Assembly (NCBI GenBank): GCA_963855085.1
Contig: CAWLBR010000001.1
Span: 1-55,019 of the forward strand
DNA from: Gammaproteobacteria bacterium
GTDB lineage: Bacteria; Pseudomonadota; Gammaproteobacteria; Pseudomonadales; Porticoccaceae
Direction of reading: 5' to 3'
DNA: 55,019 nucleotides
The first letter of the stretch is position 1. Each line of letters opens with the position of its first letter. Position numbers and translations under genes: made by a program. This document shows positions 50,391-55,019 of the stretch, in pieces. Under the pieces are notes generated by a model. It searched no databases, had not been told where the DNA came from, and saw only the letters and a program-made list of their open reading frames with translations.

Positions 50391-51089
50391 ATGCCAAAGA
50401 TTGAAAATAACATTGCCGATGTAAACAAACGTATAGATCAGAGTGCCGCTGAGTACCGACGCGACCCCAGCGAGATACTTTTATTAGCGGTGAGCAAGAC
50501 CCGCAGTGTCGAACATATTCGCCAAGCTATGGGCGCTGGCCTGACGCATTTTGCCGAGAATTATCTTCAGGAAGCCCTGGAAAAGATCGCCGAGTTAGAG
50601 GCAGAAAATCTGTGCTGGCATTTTATTGGCCCACTGCAATCCAACAAAACCCGCAACGCGGCTGAGAATTTCAGCTGGGTTCACAGTGTCGATCGTTTAA
50701 AGATCGCCCAGCGCCTCAATGATCAGCGACCGGAATCACTGGGGCCTCTGAATATCTGTCTGCAGGTGAACATAGACAACGAGCCGAGCAAGTCTGGCTT
50801 TGCCGCCGATAGCCTGCTGCCCATTGCACTGCAAATAGCCAAACTACCCAATTTACGACTGCGCGGACTGATGGCAATTCCCCGGGCAGAAAACAGCTTT
50901 CAAGAACAGCAGCTCGCCTTTCAAAAACTCGCTGAACTACGCCAGCAGATCAATCAGTCACTGGACAATTCAGAGAAACTGGATACCCTCTCCATGGGCA
51001 TGTCCGGGGATCTTGAGGCGGCGATTTCACAGGGTTCGACAATGGTTCGCGTAGGTACTGATATATTTGGTAAAAGGGAGCAAAAGTAA
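50391..51089 (+). CDS. yggS: PLP homeostasis protein YggS
   Basis: LLAVSKT, ENYLQE, WHFIGPLQSNK, LSMGMSGD, VRVGTDIFG. Confidence 0.96.
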   Translation: MPKIENNIADVNKRIDQSAAEYRRDPSEILLLAVSKTRSVEHIRQAMGAGLTHFAENYLQEALEKIAELEAENLCWHFIGPLQSNKTRNAAENFSWVHSVDRLKIAQRLNDQRPESLGPLNICLQVNIDNEPSKSGFAADSLLPIALQIAKLPNLRLRGLMAIPRAENSFQEQQLAFQKLAELRQQINQSLDNSEKLDTLSMGMSGDLEAAISQGSTMVRVGTDIFGKREQK

Positions 51090-51904
51090 TGAGTAAAATC
51101 GCATTTATTGGCGGCGGCAATATGGCCTCGAGTATTATTGGCGGCATGTTGGCCAACGGCTTTCAGCCAGAGCAAATCTGTGTCGGCAATCGCGGTGCAG
51201 AAAAATGTCAGCGCCTGCAGCAGACCTACGGCATTGCCACAACCTCCGACAATCACGCTGCAGTGGCCGACGCTGACATAGTTGTCATGGCAGTCAAACC
51301 CCAGGTTATGGGCGCCGTGATCAAAGAGCTGACCCGCTCAATCAAGCCAGGCACAGTGGTCGTCTCTGTGGCCGCGGGCATTCAGCTGAGCAATCTTCAA
51401 GAATGGCTCGGCGAAAGTCGCGCCATAGTCAGAGTTATGCCTAACACGCCCTCAATGGTGCGCTGTGGCGCTGCTGGCCTATTTGCCAACGAACTGGTCA
51501 ATGACGACCAGAAGGCGTCTATCGAAGCCATGTTCAATGCTGTGGGCATCTCTTGCTGGGTTGATGATGAAGCTAAGATCGATGCAGTGACTGCAGTATC
51601 CGGAAGCGGACCGGCCTACTTTTTTCTGATGATGGAAACCATGCAAAAAGTCGGTCAAGAATTGGGACTGTCCGAGCAGGTGGCCCGAGAGCTGACTATT
51701 CAAACGGCGTTGGGCGCATCACAGATGGCCAGCACCAGTGAACACAACACCACTGAGTTACGTCTGCAGGTGTCATCACCTGGTGGCACCACTCAGGCGG
51801 CGATTACAAAATTCCAGTCACTGGATGTCGAAGATACCTTTCGTCAAGCCATGGAGGCAGCGCGGAATCGCGCCCGGGAAATGGCCGAAGAGTTCTCTAA
51901 ATGA
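51089..51904 (+). CDS. proC: Pyrroline-5-carboxylate reductase
   Basis: FIGGGNMA, AVKPQ, RVMPNTP, SGSGPAYF, SPGGTT. Confidence 0.98.
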   Translation: MSKIAFIGGGNMASSIIGGMLANGFQPEQICVGNRGAEKCQRLQQTYGIATTSDNHAAVADADIVVMAVKPQVMGAVIKELTRSIKPGTVVVSVAAGIQLSNLQEWLGESRAIVRVMPNTPSMVRCGAAGLFANELVNDDQKASIEAMFNAVGISCWVDDEAKIDAVTAVSGSGPAYFFLMMETMQKVGQELGLSEQVARELTIQTALGASQMASTSEHNTTELRLQVSSPGGTTQAAITKFQSLDVEDTFRQAMEAARNRAREMAEEFSK

Positions 51905-51983
51905 AGCGCTTTGAAAATAGAGCGGCCTTTAAAGTCGCCTACAGATTAGATTTTACAACAGACAATTAACCTAAGGATTTTTT

Positions 51984-52556
51984 ATGAACGCACTTGGCGG
52001 AACGCCGATTTATATTCTCAGCCTAGCGGTGCAGATCTGCAGCTTTCTACTGCTGATTCGACTGCTGCTACAACTGGTTCAAGCGGACTTTTACAATCCG
52101 ATCTCACAGACCATCTTTAAGCTGACTGCGCCAGTCGTAAACCCTATGAACAAACTGTTGCCCACCGTTGGAACCCTCAACTTAGGCGTTCTGGCAGCAG
52201 CAATTTTGGTCAAGTGGTCGTTCTATTTGATTATGGGTCTGGCCACCGGCGTCGGAATATTGGATATTATTATGACTATTCCAGTAGCCGCCTTTGACCT
52301 GCTCTATGCTTTGATCGAAGTGTATTTCTGGGGGATCTTTATTCTTGCCATATCCAGTTGGGTGGGTACAACCAGTCACCCCTCCGTGCAGTTAGTGGGG
52401 CAGATTACCGAACCCTATCTGCGCCCCTTTCGGCGCTTTATTCCGCCCATCGGCATGATGGATATCTCGCCAATGGTCGCCATTTTCAGCTTGATGATTA
52501 TTCGCAATAAACTGCTGCCAATCCTTGGCGGCACGGTGCAATCACTAGTTGGCTAG
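51984..52556 (+). CDS. yggT: YggT family membrane protein
   Basis: ADFYNPISQ, TEPYLRPFRRFIPPIGMMDISP. Confidence 0.93.
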   Translation: MNALGGTPIYILSLAVQICSFLLLIRLLLQLVQADFYNPISQTIFKLTAPVVNPMNKLLPTVGTLNLGVLAAAILVKWSFYLIMGLATGVGILDIIMTIPVAAFDLLYALIEVYFWGIFILAISSWVGTTSHPSVQLVGQITEPYLRPFRRFIPPIGMMDISPMVAIFSLMIIRNKLLPILGGTVQSLVG

Positions 52557-52580
52557 ATAAGATTAGTTAAGCAAGGTAAG

Positions 52581-53624
52581 TTAAACCGCCGGATCTGGAT
52601 ACTCCTGATAGACCGCATCCAGGTCCGCTTTAACCTCATCAGACAGCGCCACCTGGCAGGCATCAATATTTTGCTTAAGCTGTTCCATGGTGGTTGCACC
52701 GATCAAGCAGCTGGCTACAAAGGGCTGTTCGCAAACAAACGCCAATGACAGCTCAACCAGACTCAGACCATGCTTTTTCGCCACATCGTAATAGGCCTCT
52801 GTGGCAGCCTGTGAATTGGTGCCACTGTAACGCGCAAAGCGCGGGAACAGCTTAATGCGCGAACCCTCTGGCATAGCACCGTGCATATACTTGCCACTGA
52901 GCACACCAAAGGCCAGGGGCGAGTAAGCCAACAGACCTACCTCTTCACGAATACAGATCTCAGCGAGACCATTTTCAAATGATCGACCCAGTATGCTGTA
53001 GGGGTTTTGAATAGTGGCAATACGCGGCAGATCCATCTCACGAGCCAGACGTAAGTACTCCATCACACCCCAGGGCGTTTCGTTGGAGATACCTATATGC
53101 CCGATCAAGCCCTCGTCCACCAGTTGCGCTAGGGCAACGAAGGTCTCTTCAATGGCAATGCCATCGAGATGGGGTCTGTGGGTATAGCCGCGCTGACCAA
53201 AATAGTTAGTCGCACGTTCAGGCCAGTGAACCTGATAGAGGTCGATATGATCGGTCTGCAGGCGCTCCAGAGAACCCTCAACAGCACGGCGGATATGATC
53301 GGCGTTGAGTCGTGAACCGTCTCGAATATGGGTTACGCCAAGGGCGCTTGAGGGGCCGGCAACCTTGGTTGCCAAAACAACATCTTTGCGCTTGCCAGTC
53401 TGTCGCAGCCAGTCGCCGACATAACTCTCGGTCAGTCCGGCTGTCTCTGGCTTTGGTGGCACCGGATACATCTCGGCGACATCGAGCAAGTTAATGCCCT
53501 GTGCAACCGCGTAATCCATCTGCTCACCCGCTTCGTCTGAGGTGTTTTGTTCGCCGTAGGTCATAGTCCCTAAACCAACCAACGACACTTCTATATCAGT
53601 GTTTCCCAATTTTTTATAAATCAT
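52581..53624 (-). CDS. tas: NADP(H)-dependent aldo-keto reductase (Tas-like)
   Basis: LGTMTYGEQN, DVAEMYPVPP, LYQVHWPER, SNETPWG, QNPYS, YSPLAFG. Confidence 0.9.
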   Translation of the reverse strand: MIYKKLGNTDIEVSLVGLGTMTYGEQNTSDEAGEQMDYAVAQGINLLDVAEMYPVPPKPETAGLTESYVGDWLRQTGKRKDVVLATKVAGPSSALGVTHIRDGSRLNADHIRRAVEGSLERLQTDHIDLYQVHWPERATNYFGQRGYTHRPHLDGIAIEETFVALAQLVDEGLIGHIGISNETPWGVMEYLRLAREMDLPRIATIQNPYSILGRSFENGLAEICIREEVGLLAYSPLAFGVLSGKYMHGAMPEGSRIKLFPRFARYSGTNSQAATEAYYDVAKKHGLSLVELSLAFVCEQPFVASCLIGATTMEQLKQNIDACQVALSDEVKADLDAVYQEYPDPAV

Positions 53625-53812
53625 GCTTTTTTATCCGGGCAAATTTGAACCGCCAGTCTATCGGACAATGCAGAGATTAAAAATAGCACCGGCTTGTCTT
53701 TCTTAGCCTCAGCCGCCCTTAATTAAAAGCCTAGGCCCAAAGTTGCGTTAAACTAGGGAGCCTCTTAGACTCAACACCTATAACTAAGAGCGAACTCCCA
53801 GAGAATCCGTTA

Positions 53813-54970
53813 ATGACATCAGATATAAGCGCATCCTCCGTCGGCCTGGTAAGGGCGGAAAAAATTCTTATCGAAACGCCCCTCACACTGGCCTGCGGCG
53901 TCGTACTGCCCAGCCATGAGCTGATGGTTGAGACCTATGGCACCCTCAATGCCGACAAGAGTAATGCCCTATTGATCTGTCATGCCCTAAGCGGTAGCCA
54001 TCACGCTGCCGGCATTTATGCTGAGGATGACAAGCCGGGCTGGTGGGACAGCTATATAGGTCCCGGCAAGCCCATGGACACTAATCGCTTTTTTATTGTT
54101 TCGCTTAATAATATCGGCAGCTGCTTTGGCAGCACCGGCCCCACCACAATTAACCCTGCAAGCGGCGAGCCCTGGGGAGCAGAGTTCCCGGTGCTGCGCG
54201 CCAGAGACTGGGTAGAATCACAGCGGCTGTTGATGGAGCACCTCGGTATTCAATGCTGGGCGGCGGTTATCGGCGGCAGCCTCGGCGGTATGCAGGCGAT
54301 GCGCTGGGCCCTGGAATATCCAGACAAGCTGGCTAATAGCATTGTTATTGCCTCATCGATGAAGCTGACAGCGCAAAATATCGCCTTTAATGAGCTGGCC
54401 CGTCGCGCGATTCAATCGGATCCAGAATTCTGTGACGGTAATTACCTGCAAAACAATACAGCGCCACGTCAAGGTCTGGCACTGGCGCGCATGATCGGCC
54501 ATGTCACCTATCTGTCCGATGAACTAATGGGCCAGAAATTTGGTCGCGAGTTGCGCTCCGGAACCTTTGACCAGGGCGAAGCCGCACCGATCGAGTTCCA
54601 GATTGAAAGCTATCTCAACTATCAGGGTGAGAAGTTCTCCGGTGACTTTGATGCCAATGCCTATATCTTGATTACCAAAATGCTCGATTACTTCGATCTT
54701 TCACGGGAATATCAAAACGATCCGGTGCAGGCCTTTAGTCATGCCAGCTGTGACTTTCTGGTAGTGGCCTTCAGCAGCGATTGGCGCTTTTCACCCAAGC
54801 GCTCCCGGGAGATTACCGACGCCTTAATCGCCGCTGGGAAAAATGTCTCCTTCGCCGAGATTAATTCCGACCAGGGCCACGATGCCTTCCTTCTGCCCAA
54901 CCAGCGCTATGAGCAAGTGCTGGGCAATTATCTGAGCAAGGTCGCCGACAAACTGGAGGGCGCAGTATGA
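53813..54970 (+). CDS. metX: Homoserine O-acyltransferase MetX (acetyl vs succinyl not determinable here)
   Basis: ETYGTLN, CHALSGSHH, GGSLGGMQA, GHDAFL. Confidence 0.96.
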   Translation: MTSDISASSVGLVRAEKILIETPLTLACGVVLPSHELMVETYGTLNADKSNALLICHALSGSHHAAGIYAEDDKPGWWDSYIGPGKPMDTNRFFIVSLNNIGSCFGSTGPTTINPASGEPWGAEFPVLRARDWVESQRLLMEHLGIQCWAAVIGGSLGGMQAMRWALEYPDKLANSIVIASSMKLTAQNIAFNELARRAIQSDPEFCDGNYLQNNTAPRQGLALARMIGHVTYLSDELMGQKFGRELRSGTFDQGEAAPIEFQIESYLNYQGEKFSGDFDANAYILITKMLDYFDLSREYQNDPVQAFSHASCDFLVVAFSSDWRFSPKRSREITDALIAAGKNVSFAEINSDQGHDAFLLPNQRYEQVLGNYLSKVADKLEGAV

Positions 54971-55019
54971 ATCAAGCCGAAAGCACTCGCCAAATAAATG
55001 ATTCGATACACTCCTGGGT
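54967..55019 (+). CDS. metW: 5' fragment of a probable MetW
   Basis: ATGA overlap with the metX stop, frame open to the window end (MNQAESTRQINDSIHSW); call rests on metX-metW synteny. Confidence 0.55.
   Translation, partial: MNQAESTRQINDSIHSW

Noticed and set aside
50302-50397. N-terminal extensions of PilT (also AroQ 11256, OsmC 25224, TrpG 28370)
   Set aside because: Family N-termini and RBS positions support the downstream ATGs; the extensions are longest-ORF artefacts.
53625-53812. SAM/SAH riboswitch upstream of metX
   Set aside because: I could not find the conserved core or a convincing structure by eye; an Rfam scan would settle it.
1-55019. Prophage, IS, integron, defence system, tRNA or rRNA
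   Set aside because: No integrase, transposase, phage or defence motif in any ORF, and no tRNA/rRNA signature seen in the intergenic gaps.

Overview
A 55-kb chromosomal segment of a gammaproteobacterium with Pseudomonas/Cellvibrionales-like gene order; a marine Porticoccaceae/SAR92-like origin is my inference, not something the sequence proves. Most of it is housekeeping: pyk, ilvA/rpiA, dsbD-aroQ-accBC-prmA-dusB-fis-purH, purD, coq7, osmC/crp, trpEGDC with a WRWR leader peptide, rpe, a Pil-Chp chemosensory cluster (pilGHIJK-chpABC), gshB-tonB-algH-ruvX, pilTU, yggS-proC-yggT and metX(W). I saw no rRNA, tRNA, CRISPR array, transposase, integrase or phage gene. The best candidate for an undescribed system is the 670-bp gap with no ORF-track call at 24027-24699. 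There a LysR gene is divergent from two tandem small + strand transcription units that share a duplicated operator/promoter (ATTAC-N5-GGTAT, ATGC-N7-GCAT, -35-N17--10). Unit 1 encodes a 40-aa hydrophobic peptide plus a structured 3' UTR. Unit 2 looks like a ~125-nt non-coding RNA. Both end in a C-rich seed, hairpin, U-tract and intrinsic terminator, as Hfq-dependent sRNAs do. Their 3' regions are complementary to the ribosome-binding regions of the PAS-GGDEF-EAL gene and (unit 1) pilT in this same window. Other oddities: a photolyase splitting purH-purD with an apparent ATC start, a palindromic MITE-like element, a 16-bp AUGGA array ahead of tonB, and several tandem repeats seeded at gene ends. 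All product calls come from motif recognition and synteny by eye; no database search was run.
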